Shown here one piece after another: positions 26,190-39,764 of a stretch of DNA of 64,000 nt. Positions within the stretch are counted from its first letter, which is position 1. Every line of letters starts with the position of its first letter. The notes under the pieces are model-generated. The model did not search any database. It saw only the letters and a program-made list of their open reading frames with translations, and was not told where the DNA came from. Origin of the DNA: Eledone cirrhosa (taxonomy: Eukaryota); contig OZ024740.1 in assembly GCA_964016885.1 (NCBI GenBank), positions 219,976,001 through 220,040,000 on the forward strand, read 5' to 3'. Made by a program: the position numbers and the translations under genes.

Positions 26190-26380
26190 TCAGAATTCTC
26201 TCACCTCTTTATGTTCAAACTGGCTGTAACTGGCCACTCATACTGACATTAAGGTATTGTTCTCAAAATAAATAATATCAAAATCACATAGATTCGATAT
26301 TATGTGAGATAATTATGTAAGGTAAAGCCTTTACCATGAAAATACAATAGCATATATAGAGTAATGCAAATGCTAAAGTG
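26190..26380 (-). mobile_element. TTAA MITE family 2, partial reverse copy
   Basis: Reverse complement of 13180-13365 (e.g. aaggtattgttctcaaaataaata and gattcgatattatgtgagataatt). Confidence 0.75.
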
Positions 26381-26928
26381 AATGCAGCAATATATGACAA
26401 ATGTTTTCTCTTTCCACCAGTGGTAGCCATAATAACAATGTTTGACAGGAGATAGAATTTTACTCCTTTATATCTATCTCTTTAACCCTTCTAATACCAA
26501 ACCACTGTGCCCACATTAATATGTGCTTGTGTGGTCCAGAATTTATAACAATTGTTAGTTGTGATAATGATGATATTTATGGCACAAGATTTCTTAACTG
26601 TGTATAAGTTGAATCTCTGATGTCTATTTTCATTAAAATTGTATTTTTAAAAAGTGTGACTTTCACATGAGTAAATACAATTACATCACAGAAGAGTCAA
26701 TTTAGCCATTCAAAAAAACAAAATTTCTATCACATTGTCAGTGTCACTAAGAAATAAATGATAAATGTAAAGTGAATTTGTGTATTGTTTTCAATGGCTC
26801 TTCTAGGGTGCAATTGCTCTAGTTTTAAAACATGGTCTCAAATTAAGTCACTCACTAAACAAATATAACCTCAAAATAAACCACTTCAAATCCAAAATGT
26901 AATTAAATCATGTACAAAATAAATTTAC

Positions 26929-27066
26929 CTTGATCTTGGTGTTTTAGGTGTACCAGCTCCTGATGTTGATAAAATTTGAGTTTCCATTTGACAAATCCTT
27001 TCAGATACTGACAGTGTTCTTTCTTCAGGCTCTTCATTGATAACATCTGATTGTAAAGAATCTTGT
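26929..27066 (-). CDS. SVIL: Supervillin-like gene, exon D (138 nt, phase 2 to 2)
   Basis: ctattttctAG|ACAAGAT ... TCAAG|GTAAAT. Encodes QDSLQSDVINEEPEERTLSVSERICQMETQILSTSGAGTPKTPRS, with an LSVSER motif. Confidence 0.88.
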
Positions 27067-28110
27067 CTAGAAAATAGATGGAACATAGATATAGATCTCA
27101 ATACAATAGAAAACAATTTCTTTATGTTAATAAAGACAATTACATGTTATTGCAAAACAGAAACAAGTAAAAAGATTTTACTATACAGATTGAAACAAAT
27201 TAATACTTAGAAGAAAATATCTAAAAACAAATTTGGTTTGCTAATTCAAATGTTTAGAATATATTTACTAGTGGACAGATCATTGTGAAAATTTGCAGTA
27301 TTAGAGTAAAGCCTTTAATTTGTAATGTGATGCAGTGCTGTTTTGTATTTTTCAAAAATATTTTGCTAATGTGGATTCATGTGGTACAAGATGTTAAGAG
27401 TTAAGACATTTAGATATATAAAACTACAAAAAGACATTCATAAGAATGTGTGCATATAAACATATAAAAATATTTAAATTAAAAACTCTATTATCATCAT
27501 GATCATCATTTGATGTATACTTTCTAATGATTAGCTGTCACAGTTTCAGACTAGAGAATCACATACATTCCACTTTGAACTTGGTTTCTACAGCTGGATG
27601 CCCTTTCTAATGCCAATCAATTCACAGGATGTATTGTGTGCTTTTTACCAGGGCACAACTACTAAGGAGGTTTTTATATCCTTTACAAGACAAATAGGTT
27701 CTCTTAAATAGACATTGCCGCTGTTCAATTGTTATCACTTTACAGACTATACTGAGTGTTTTATTATAGCACCAGTACAAATAAGTTTGCCTTGGAACTC
27801 ACAAAAGTGAAGGAGTAGTTAGTATCCTAGATTGTCAGCATTCACCCAAGGCAACATGATCAAAAGGGTGAAAAGAGAGAAATGACAAAAGAAGGACCAG
27901 AGTATAAGTGGCTGAAGGGTGTAAGAATATGATAGGAGAGAGAATGAATTAGAGGGAAAAAATTTTGCAAATAATGACTCATCAGATTCCAGTTGATGAA
28001 CTCTAATTTAGAGTACCCTACTAATTTGACTTATCTTCGTACTAAAATTCTAAAATCATGTTTTAACACTCCCACATACATACATTTTTGCTATTGAAAT
28101 GCGAATAGTA

Positions 28111-28497
28111 ATAATAATTGTTTCTACGTTTGGCACAAGGCCAGCAATTACTGGTACTTTATTTTATCGACCCCGTAAGGTTGAGAGGCAAAGTTAACCT
28201 CGACAGGATTTGAATTCAGTCTATAAAGGGGCGTAACTCTATGCTGCAAAGCATGGCGTCCGACCTTCTACCGATACTGCCAATCCACCACCTTCTAATA
28301 GTAATAATAATTGTTTCTACTTTTGGCACAAGGCCAGCAATTGCCCAGTGTATTACTGGTACTTTATTTTATCGACCCCGTAAGGATGAAAGGCAAAGTT
28401 AACCTCAGCGGGATTTGAACTCAGAATGGCAAGGGCCGTAACTCTATGCGTCAAAGCATGGCGTCCGACCCTCTACCGATACTGCCAATTCACCGCT
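28111..28497 (-). mobile_element. Tandem dimer of young SINE family A copies
   Basis: Two full units flanked and separated by aatagtaataataat. The 28300-28497 unit differs from 24115-24308 at about 9 of 190 positions (hand count). Confidence 0.92.
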
Positions 28498-28518
28498 CTA
28501 ATAGTAATAATAATGATA

Positions 28519-28560
<42 letters not shown>

Positions 28561-28562
<2 letters not shown>

Positions 28563-28811
28563 TTGTACATAAAAGGAGAGTAAAATTTGCTGGCTCCTGC
28601 CATCGTGCCACCTATGAGGCTGTGTCTCCATTAGTGCTTTAGAAACCATAGGCAATCACTAATAACAGGGGGTGCAAGTTCTCCTATCCCAATGTCATCT
28701 CCAAAGATTCTGGTACTGAAATCCAGGACACGATAACAGCAATGAACAACAGACCCACATGGAGATCAATTGTTGAGTCCATTTTAGCTGAGGCTGCCAG
28801 ATGATGATGAT
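28561..28811 (+). mobile_element. 5'-truncated 3' end of an RTE/RTE-X-like LINE
   Basis: VVHKRRVKFAGSCHRATYEAVSPLVL*KP...FSYPNVISKDSGTEIQDTITAMNNRPTWRSIVESI followed by a (TGA)n tail. Confidence 0.7.
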
Positions 28812-29664
28812 TATATATATACACACACATACACAGGCATGTGTTTGTGTGCATCTCATAATCATCATCACTTAAAGTTTGTTTCCCTTGCTAACAACGA
28901 CTGACAACTTTATTGAGTGTACTGTTATCACAGCATCAACACTAGAGAGGTTGCCATGTCCTTGACACAAAGAGTCCTTTTTTTAATAGTTTCTACAACT
29001 CGATACTCTTCTTCTCACCAACTACCTTACAGTGTGTACAGGATGCATTTTTCTGGGCACCACCACTAAAGAGGGTGAAGTATCATGACCAAAGGCTCCT
29101 CTCAATCCTTTTTTGGCAGGGTATCTACTGCTAGAAGCCCTTCCTAACACCAACAACCCAACAGATTGCAGCCCATGTTGGCACCTACTATATATATACC
29201 ATTTATGTTGTGTGGTTTACCAATAGGTAAATCTGGTCGTACTGGTTTGAAAATCATGATGTACTAGTGAGAAAAGCACTCTATGCTAAGCAACTCATCC
29301 ATCGTAAATGTGGAATCCCATGGTTGGTGCAAGAATGGAGTTAGATATTTATTAAAAACCACAGAAGGCTGGACTAGAAATAGGAGATGACGAAGGACTG
29401 TGGAGAGATGCTGTGCTGAATAGGACCCGTCCAACCCTTGCAAGCAGGGAAAAGCGGACATAAAATGATGATGATGATGATGATATTTATATATTTATTA
29501 AAATAACAGATTAAAGTTTAAGCAAAGAATCGCTGCTTTTACCCTTAACGGGATTTTCACATTTTAGTCTTCACATTTATTATTATTACTGCTACTATTA
29601 TGTATATATATATATACATAAATATACATATATATATATCTATACATATACATATCTATCTCTA

Positions 29665-29689
<25 letters not shown>

Positions 29690-29698
<9 letters not shown>

Positions 29699-30244
29699 AA
29701 AAACATGAGAAGAAAGAAGAATACTGCGTGGTTTGCACATGGGTTACATATGATAAAAATAGTCCTTCGTCAGTGATTTTCCAACCATCATTGGTATTTC
29801 ATCGCATTAAAAATCATATACCTCAGGTTGGTGCGAGCAATAACTAAAAAAAGTTATTGGGACCAGTAATCGCGTAAAGCGAGGGGGACAAGTGAACAAC
29901 ATAGAAGGATAAAAAAAAACCAAAAAAAGGAAATAAACAAGCAACACGGTAGTCCTGGTCAGCATAAGTTGGGTGGATTTCATGAGTGAAAAGTACAGAC
30001 GTCCGACGTGAGTGAGATGTAAGCAAGAAGAGGCCCACTGTTAGCCAAACGGGAGGAAGTGAGAAGGGGAGAAACAGAGAGTGAGTGAGTGGAAGTGCGA
30101 GGAAGCGGTCAGTCGAGAGAAAGTGTAACTGACAGAGGGGGCGAAAGAAGGTGAGAGAAACAGAGAGAGCGGGGAAGCAGTAAGAGAGAAACAGATAAAC
30201 GCAGCCGAGGTAAATATATATAAAAAACATGAGAAGAAAGAAGA
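29690..30244. mobile_element. Unclassified CpG-retaining, purine-rich element bounded by 31-bp direct repeats 524 bp apart
   Basis: atatatataaaaaacatgagaagaaagaaga at 29690-29720 and 30214-30244; the interior is GA-rich with many intact CpGs. Confidence 0.5.
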
Positions 30245-32659
30245 GTGCGGAAAAGGTAAGTGAATCCAAGTACTTTTGTTTCAAAATACTAAATCAGTTA
30301 CAATTGGTAATATATGTGAAATCACCAAGAGAATTAATTCTTCAAAAGAAAATAGTCAGGAAAAAGATAAAGATTCTCATCAGAGATGAAGTGGCATGAG
30401 TAAAATAAATAAACAATATTATTTCTCTATACTAGTAATCTCATGTCGGTAATTAACACTGGCAGATTGAAAACATGCCATAGGGCTCAGAGTCTACAAA
30501 GAGCAAGTGGGTGTATCTTAATTAACTCTTCATTAGATTTTCTCTAACCGAAAATACCAAATTAAAATGGGGAATCCCTTTTCTTTAACTGTAGAACAGT
30601 CTAGATCATGGGTCTGCTGCTGGTTTGCTCAATATTGGATGCTCTTTGTTGTTTTGAATGATGTGAGAAATAGCATCAATAAATATTGGCTGTGAGGTTA
30701 AGAAGTTCTTGTTGTAACCATGTAAGCTTGAGCTCAATCCTACTGTATAACATCTTGGACATCTTAGATAAATGTCTTCTACTCAAACCTTGGGAAGACC
30801 AATGCCTTGTAAGTGAAATTTGGTAGACAGAAACAAAGCACAAGCCTTTTTTCATTATCATCATCATCGTCGTCATTATTTAACATTCATTTTCCCTGCT
30901 AGTAAGGCTTGGACAGATTGTCACAAACAAAGTCAATAGTCAAGCAGAACTACTGACCTCTCAGACGAACAGGAGAGCTACATCTTGCTTACATTCCTAT
31001 ATTCTATTGAGTGCTCAGACAAGTCAAGGGCCTGTCTTGCTTACATATGTTCTCATGCTCTACCAAGTGCATTTTATCATGACACCAGCAGAAGGTAGAC
31101 TGTCATGTCTTTGGTGCAGCTAAAGAGTCCTCCAATATGTATATGTATCCATCTGTGTGTGTATGTATGTTTCCACATGTGTCTTTGCCTAGACACTGCT
31201 TGGGCCTCTGGTGGTATTTGTTTATATCCCACAGCTCAGCAGTTTGGCATAAAGACCTGTGCAATCAAAGTACCTTACTTAAAAACAAGTAAAGGTTGGT
31301 ATCAGGAAAGACATTCAGCCATAGAATACTGCCTCAAATAAAACATCCAACCCATGCCAGTATGGGAAAAATGGAAGTAAAATCAACAATGATGATGATG
31401 AATGTGCAATATTGCATAAAAAAGAGATCTATTTGATATAGATATAAAGCAACACTAATTAGCATTTATCTATGCAATCATTATATTGGTTTGGTCAACT
31501 GGAAAGCATTTTATTTTTAGTAGTTTCAATTTATAAAAATAACTGTGTTTAACAGGTCAAATTAAAGATGATGGTAGTTGTGATTACACTAATAGAGTAG
31601 TAGTAAAGCAGTCCAGAGCTCCGGTTAAGTGGATAATTAGCTACTCACTGGAATTGACTGCAGATTGTTGTTTCATACTATAAAAGTACTGGTTTCTAAC
31701 CCATCATGTCAGTCATCTGAGAAATTTGTTTCATTAATACTGACTTAACTTTAAAAAAGTAAATATTTTGTCAGGGAGGGCCAGTTCTTATACCCTTCCC
31801 AGGGTTTTCAAGACTGGTGGAAAAGAGGAAAGTATCCTCAAACTGGAAACTTAGCCAGAATAATTGCATGAAAGTGGATTCTATGAAAGGCACCTAAGGG
31901 TCAGATGGTACAAACACATTTAACCACCCATGTAGGCCACAGTGGGATTTGAATTCAGAACATAAACAGCTTGAATAAATATCTCAAGGCAACCCACTAC
32001 TCTGAATAAGCACTTTATTTCAGTGACCCCCACCCCACCAAAAAGGATGAAATGCAATGTTGACATCAGTTGGATTTGAATTTAAAGCATAGAAACCTGG
32101 AACAAATACTGAAACGTATTTTGTCCAAAGTTCTAATAACTCTGCCAATTGAGACCAATTTTTATCCCTACTTGATTGGATTCTAAAGTGCCTTGATTTG
32201 TAAACAAATTTCTATGAAAATATCTAAAATTCTACTAATAAAGTAAGTAGAAAAAAAGTGCACATCAGTCTTGTTCAAGCCTCTTATAAGATAGCTTAAA
32301 CCAGTACACCACAATTAATTTAATGAGCACTTCAAATTCAGCTTGTTCTCAGCTTCTTAGCTTTTATCAAGACATTTCTGTCCTTAACTCATTTCCTTTA
32401 ACCTTAGTTTTGAAGCCCTCATTGGGCAACTTAAACTAGAAGCATAGTTCTATGTTCAGACAAGGTTCACTGTTAATTAATGTAAGATAGAGAATTTTGA
32501 ATCTAAATGAACAGCTTCTACTTAAAATCCCTGGCAGAACATAGAACCCATATTCTAACAATTTAAGAACCAGATTTAACCCTTAATATGCCCATCTGGC
32601 TGAGAATGTTACCAATCCTCAATAACTCCATCACAATTTTATATAAGAATCTGTAACAT

Positions 32660-33010
32660 AATCATCATCATTTTATGTTCCACTTCCATGTTAGCACAAG
32701 CCGGATGAGTTGGAGAGACCTCATAGTGCTCGTTTGGTATGGTTTCTATGGCCGATTGTCCTTTCTTATGCCAACCTCTTTACAGAATATACTGGTTGCA
32801 TTTTATCATGACACCAGCACTAATCCTTTACAGAGTGTACTGGGTGCATTTTCTCATAGCACCAACACTAGAGAAATTGTCATATGCTCCACCAGACTGA
32901 AGCCCACTCTACTCTATATTGTCTCTGCTCAATCACCAACCACTTTACAGAGGATACTGGATGCATTTTATCTAGGGTACCAGCACTAGAAAGGTTGTCA
33001 TATGCCCAGC
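32660..33010 (-). mobile_element. RTE 3'-tail-derived non-autonomous element with internal subrepeats
   Basis: Starts with (ATC)n, then ggtttctatggcc and repeated ctttacagagtgtactgggtgcatttt...accagcacta. Confidence 0.7.
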
Positions 33011-33566
33011 AATATACCAATAAAAAAACAAAAATGTTATAACTATTTTCCTAAACTCCTTTAAAATTTTGACAATTTTGAAACTAATTGAGACTCAAAC
33101 ATAGTTAGTATTTACTAGAGATAAGGTGCATTAAAAGGTTAATATGTTGGAATGCAATGAGTACCAGTAAACACAACACTGAGTATGTTCCCAAGTTAAA
33201 ATCCATTGACTCAACAATCTGGCCATTGAGACTGGCTGAGAATTTCACAAACGTGGACCCTTAATCTAATTTTCAGTGAAAGAGTCAGCATGACACAGTA
33301 TGTGACAAGACTAGTCATTGTTAATTTATCTAACAAGCTTCCAAACAGTTTAATTACATTAAAAAAATGTTGGATTAATTCAGGGCTATGGTAAATGCTA
33401 CCTATTCAAGATACTGCACAGTAGGATCACACCCAGGACCTTATGATTGCAAAGCAAACTTCTTAACTATCTGGCTATGATACATCTTCAGAGAAACATT
33501 ACCTAATGTAGAATCATAATTTTAATAAACTATTACATTGATTATTATAAATATTAGCAAACTTAC

Positions 33567-36500
33567 CCTCGAAATTGGTATTCATCAAAAACAGGTGCAT
33601 ATTCATCAGAAGAATTCTCTTCAGTATCCTCTTTACTCCTCCTCGAATGGAACACTTTTGCTAACTCTAGATCCATTTCTTCAGAACACGAATTTTGTTT
33701 GTGCAGAGAAGAAGTGCGTTTTAAGATACCTCGATGAATGCTTAAGTGAGGAGTATTGATTGAGCCTTCACTTCTCCTATGTTTGTACAGTTGTGGTGGT
33801 ACAGTATCTAAAGTTGATAGTTTACTTATCTCAGCTTTCTTTTCCTCATTGTCTTCCAATGATTTTGTTGATGCACCGAGTGTTGAGGAAGCAATTAATG
33901 TAGAAGTAACATTAGATATGTCAGAAGATTTTTCTGTTATACCAGACGTTGTAAGAGATGTCTTTTTAACGTCCACAACTTTCCTTGGGTCTCTAGTGAG
34001 GCCGACATCATTAGTATCAGACTTAGCAGTAGATTCCACATTGGACATTTTTGTGTCATGTATTTTATATGAAGTAACATCTGGTTTAGTATCAGAAGAT
34101 AATACTTTAGTGTCAGTTGTATCTATAGATTTAGTGGTTGTTTTACTTTCTAGGGTCTTCACTGAAGTTGCTGATGTTTGTGTAGGAAGTGATGTGTTTA
34201 TTGTTTGAGATAAAGAAACAGTTTGAGCCTTTGAAGAAATATTTGTTTTATCTAAATTAGCAGCTGTAGACGTAGGTGCACGCGAACTAGTGTTCTTTGT
34301 TACATCAGAATTTACAGTCGATGTTTCAAGATGTTTGGTCGTACTATCGATGTTGGCTGCAGTTGATACACTTTTAATGCTTTTAGTACCATCAGTATTA
34401 ATATTGTCAGTACCCTTGACTTTAGAGCTAGTTTCAACAGTACCAGCTTTGTGGATTTCCTTAGTTGTTTCTTTAGCTTTAGACTCTGTAGCGACTGCTT
34501 TAGCTTTTTCAACAGTTCCAGCTGTTTCAACTGACACTGCTGATAAATCTGTATCTTGAATTCTTTTTACAGATTTATCAATGCCAGTAGAGCTAGAAGG
34601 TTTTGTTAGAGGGGCTACAGTGTCTGTTATTGCAGTGGATAAGGTTTCAGTAGGAATAATCACAGGTTTTGTTAATGTCACAGTTTCTGCTGTTTTAGAT
34701 ATTGGTGCTTTTGCTGTTGTTGTTGTGATTGTATCAGTAGTCTTAGCTGCAGTAGTTATTATTTTTGAGGAAGGTACAACTGTACTTCTGGGGGCTAATG
34801 AGACTGATGTTGGAGTTACAGTCGCAGTAGGTATCTTAGCTGCAGGAATAGTTATGCTTGGTCTTGTAATTGAGTCACTTGTTACAGTTTTAGGTTCAGA
34901 AAGTATTTGTTTAGTTGTAATATTTGGGTCCACAGTAGTAACTACAGATGTGTCAATTTTCTTACCTGCAGTAGGTAGTTTTGGAGCACCTCCAACACTG
35001 TCAGTGGTCTTTTCTATAGAAGATGTGGAATCAACAGTCACAGTGGTATCTGTAGTTTTTGATACAGGTGGTGTTACTTTTGGAGGCACTTTAGTCTCTG
35101 GTGATGTCAAGGTAACAGCAGTTGTTTTGGTAATTGCACTAGTAATTGCAGCGGGCATAATTTTAGAAGCTACTACTGCAGGTGCATCTGTGACTGTTGT
35201 TACAGCAGGTACTGCTTCAAGAGAAGCGACACTATCTGTAGCTTTTGTCATAGTCTGAGTTATTCTTAAAGATGTAGTATCTAATGTTTTTGTGGCAATA
35301 GGTGTCACTTTAGAAGTTGCTGTACTGTCAGTAGATTTAGTTTCAGAGAATGTTGTTTTACTATCTGTAGTTTTTGTTATGCTAGTTGTTGTAGGAGCTG
35401 TTGCAGTATAGGAGTCTTTTTGAGCAAGCTGCAAGTCTGTGTTTGTTGTCACAGTCGATGGTATTTGAGAAGCTACTCTAGAATCTTTGATTTCTGTTGC
35501 AACTGGTGCCGTTTTTGAATCTTTTGTTGTAATCTTTGTTGCAGTGGGTAAAGTTTGAGGAGCTATTGTGTTATCTGAGCTCTTTGTCGTAGGGAGTGAT
35601 ACCTGAGGAGGAGCAATAGTACTAGAGGTTTCAGCACATGTGGTCTTTGTTGCTGCAGTTGCCAATTTAGGACCCACTAAAGCATTTATTGTATTTGATG
35701 CTGTTGGGGATGTCTGGAGAGTCAGTGTAGTATTGCTGATGATTGTTGTTGTAGGAGCTGCTTGGACATCACTGGTATTTGTTACAGCCTTGGAAGCCAC
35801 TGTTGCAACAGGAACTGTTTTGGGGGCCACTATAGCATCAGTAGCTTTTGTTGTAATTGGTGATTTTTTGGAAGTTGCTGTAGTATCGGTAGCTTTTGTT
35901 ACAGTCGGTGTTGTTTTAGGAGCTAATGTAGTTTCAGTGTTTTTTCTTGTAGCTAATGCTGCTTTAGGAGCTCCTGAAGTACTTGTGGTTTTAGGAGCTA
36001 CTGAAGTAGTGGTACTTTGGGGAACTACTGTAGTGCTGGTAGTTTTGGGAGCCACTGTAGCACTGGTGGTTTTTGTTACAGTTGGTGCTGTTTTAGAAGT
36101 TACTATAGCATTGGGTGTTTTTGCAGCAGCTGGTGCTATTTTAGAAGCCCCTATAGCCTCAGTGCTTTTTGATGCAGCATGTACTGATTTGAGACCATCA
36201 GTATTTTTGGTTGTAACAGATGTTTTATGAGCCACCTTGGTAGCAACAGCTTTTGCTGTATCATCAGTGTTAGTCTTCTCTAACTTCTCCTTTGTGTGGT
36301 GAGCTGTTAAGTCACTTCTGGCATCACGAGAAACTAGTTTAGAAGTTGAATCTACATTTTCATGTTTATTTGCAGGAGTCGATTTACTTTTAATAGAAAG
36401 TCCTCCAGAATGTAAACTGCGAGTTGTTGTTGCAGTGTTCGACAATTTTACTACATTTTTTGATGCATAAACAGGTGGTTGAACATGATCTGTGGTAACA

Positions 36501-36820
36501 TCATTCTTTGGAAGTTCATTGGATATTGAAAAGATATTTGACTGTTGATAATCCATAGCATTTGAACTAGTGCTTGGCACTTTTGTAAAAAATGGTATCT
36601 TAGGTCTTTCATTGCAATGCAACCTTTCACTTTCACTTGTAAATTCCCTTTCTGATTCTGAAGTAGTGACACTGCGAACTCTCTTTCCTTCTAAACCGGC
36701 AGTGGATGAATCAGGTAAATTATGTGCTTTGTAATAAGCATTCTGTGAAGTCATTTCCTTAACATCAGAAGATTGAGAAACTGTCCTATTACTTGTTGAA
36801 GCATCAGAAACAGACAAATT
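33567..36820 (-). CDS. SVIL: Supervillin-like gene, giant exon C (3254 nt, phase 0 to 2), Thr/Ala/Ser/Lys-rich low-complexity region
   Basis: Contains the 1084-aa ORF 33563-36817. Acceptor tttcAG at 36822-36821 gives in-frame AAT TTG TCT; donor GG|GTAAGT at 33566. The end of the exon (GILKRTSSL...MDLELAKVFHSRR) is non-repetitive and is in phase with the next exon. Confidence 0.88.
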
Positions 36821-37860
36821 CTGAAAGTTTAAAAAAAAAGAAAAGAAATACGTTGTTTTTTAATATAAAAAGTTTTTTTTTTTTACTATCTCCAGTCACT
36901 TGACTGGGGTCACACAATATTATTATTAATCAACAAATAAATTTTTAATATAATAAAAATGTTACAAAATATGCAATTAACAAAACTAACTCTCTTTGAC
37001 AAGATACAAAACACTATCAAGTAAATAATAAACAAACAATAATCATCATAACCAATAATCCCTCAATGAGTTAAGTATAGGATATTCCCAGTAAAAGATG
37101 GTTTGTATATTAAAATGGCAATAATGTAAATATTTATTAACTTTGACATTTATTACTAACACTTAAAATATAATAGAGAGAAAAGAAATCATACATTTGG
37201 GTACTATTTTATTAGGTTGTAAAACCAAAATATACAAGCAATCTATTTTAAACAATGATTACATAAGAATAAAAAATAAAATAGCAACAGAAATGAATCA
37301 AATAAAACTGATTAAAGAAGCTTGATTTATGTTGTATTATAATAATTAAATAAATATAATTGAATGGATATATTGGAGATATTTCTTTTTAAAAAAGCAC
37401 TAAAACATACATACATCTTGTGTGGACTGTTATACAACCTCACTTGCCTGTTGATATTTGTCTATGAGTATAAATTTATAGGGCTTCAAATGAAACCGAA
37501 GTAACATAAATGAAAGTATGCTAATCGGCTTCCTCCCTAGAAATGTCTCAACAGGTTACTAGCCAATCCCATTCTCTTTGACTTTACATATTTTACAACA
37601 AACAAAACAGTATTGCATTTACAGTCTAGAGATAAACAATTTGTACTTCTCATATTTCTACATCAGAAAAGAGAGTCACATAATAGGAACAGAATAATGT
37701 GAATTAAATAAGAAAATTAATTGGAATAATCCGAAGATTCATCATCATCACAAACAACAGGCAAAATAATGAAATAGAAACAAGAAAGACAATTGTAACA
37801 TAAATATTTTGCATAAGAGTGCCGCATATGAATTTAGAAAAAGAAAATTTCCCTACATAC

Positions 37861-37886
37861 CTCTGACTGGTCTTTTTCCTCAGAAT
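37861..37886 (-). CDS. SVIL: Supervillin-like gene, 26-nt microexon B (phase 1 to 0)
   Basis: ttttatttttcAG|ATTCTGAGGAAAAAGACCAGTCAGAG|GTATGT. Encodes (D)SEEKDQSE and exactly bridges the phase-1 end of exon A and the phase-0 start of exon C. Confidence 0.75.
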
Positions 37887-39764
37887 CTGAAAAATAAAAC
37901 AGAAAATATAATGGAAAATATACAAACATATAAATAAATGTATAGCTGATAATTTTAATAAATTGAAATAATTAACAATTTTAGTGAATCCCTTCAAATT
38001 TTTCATTAATTTATTCAATACTGTGTATTTCATTAGAAATTTGATAATGAAAGGATTAAACCTTTTAGCACCATGGCTTTCTTTTTACTATATAGCAAAA
38101 GACATTATAGGGTATTTGCCAAAACAGTATGCTTCAAATAACATCAAATAGCTATGAATCAGAGATGATATAAACCATAGCTTTTGCAAATAGAGCAATA
38201 CATCACAACTAATAGAACCAGTTGAAATTTAACCAACATGCTAATTAACTCATTTACATACTAAGGAACATCCAGATGAACAGTAATGTCTTAACTTCTT
38301 GCAAGGATTACTTATCAAAACTGTCCAATTTCTGACAATTTCACAGATATTGACTGATTTCCAATATCATGATCACTATCACTGTATAATTTGTGTTGCT
38401 CATTCTCCCATTGGACTCATAGAATTGACTAAAACCTAATGCAAAATAAACTAAAATCCTGGCAAGAAACTTCTGTAAACAATGTCTGCTAAGCATAAGA
38501 TGTGATTCACAGCATTGTTGATTCGTTTGGAGGTTGATAGCTTATCAAGAAAAATGCTACATTTTTAGGCTAATATATCAACTGTGTATATATTCCATGA
38601 TATTTTGAAGTGAGGACCTGCTTTTTCAAAAGAAAGATTTGGAGTCTGGTCTTGACAATTAGCAGTGCTCCTTTGAAAAAGATATCCCAACTTCAAAATA
38701 TCATCTAATATAAGGTATAAGTTGAAACTGTTGTTTTGTTCTTTTTACTTTACTCTAGTTTTCTAATTTGCATTATACAAGCTTTCCTAAAGCAATTACA
38801 ATGTTTCATAAATTACTTGAATAATTAGTAACATCATTAATCTGTTTTTTTTTTTTTATTATTTTATTATTTTGACTAAACACAGTAAATGGGAAAAACA
38901 TAATCAATTGACACAACTTAAGTATAAATTTGATACAACTGCTGAAAGCTTCAAAACATTGTCAACCATATCAAGATTAGATATAAAACATGATTTAGTT
39001 GAACAAGATAAAGTATTTAATTTAGGATCAAATATAAAGCATAAAGTTTTCTATCTTCTATTATAATCCTCTGTTGACTCAATCTCGTTTTACAATACAC
39101 TGAACACACAGTAGACAGATTTGAAAAAAAAAAAAAAAATTATTAAAAACTAATGGGGAGGCCTCTGTATAGATGCTAGACCTGCTAGAATTAATAGTCA
39201 AATCTCCCTCAAACCACACCCTAATGTCTTTTTAAAAAAGGATGCATTGGATAATGTAGTTTGTACATACTAAAGTATGAAAGAGCCTGAAAAAATAAAC
39301 AAGATGGTCATGCTTGGAATATCTTTGATCATAAGTCAACTTAATCAGTGTTGATCTAGGCTAAACACAATAACAACAATAGAATATTTATATTATCAAG
39401 AAACTAATTCCTGTTATCATGCCCTCATAAATAAATACCACAAATATTTGTCTTCACACCTATTCTTCTTAACCTCTGCTTAAATGGACACCCTGAAATT
39501 AATAGCTGAATAGACACCATAAATGGCCAAATCCTAACACCAACCATGCATGAACAAATTGAAATCTCAGCTGTACAAGAACTGACTCATTGTTAAACCA
39601 AACATCCTGTGAATTATTCACAATTAACAATAGGAAACCAGATTAATCATAATTCTCTCTACAGTAATCACTTCAAAACTCCAAACAAACTCCTTACAAC
39701 ACACCCAGAAGAAACCACATCAATTCCAATTCTTTTTACTACAATCATTCCAAAATTCCAGACA

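Noticed and set aside
33756-36230. Plus-strand ORFs of 89-225 aa rich in Val/Ala/Gly
   Set aside because: Antisense shadows of the Thr/Ala-rich exon C codons; no independent splice or start evidence.
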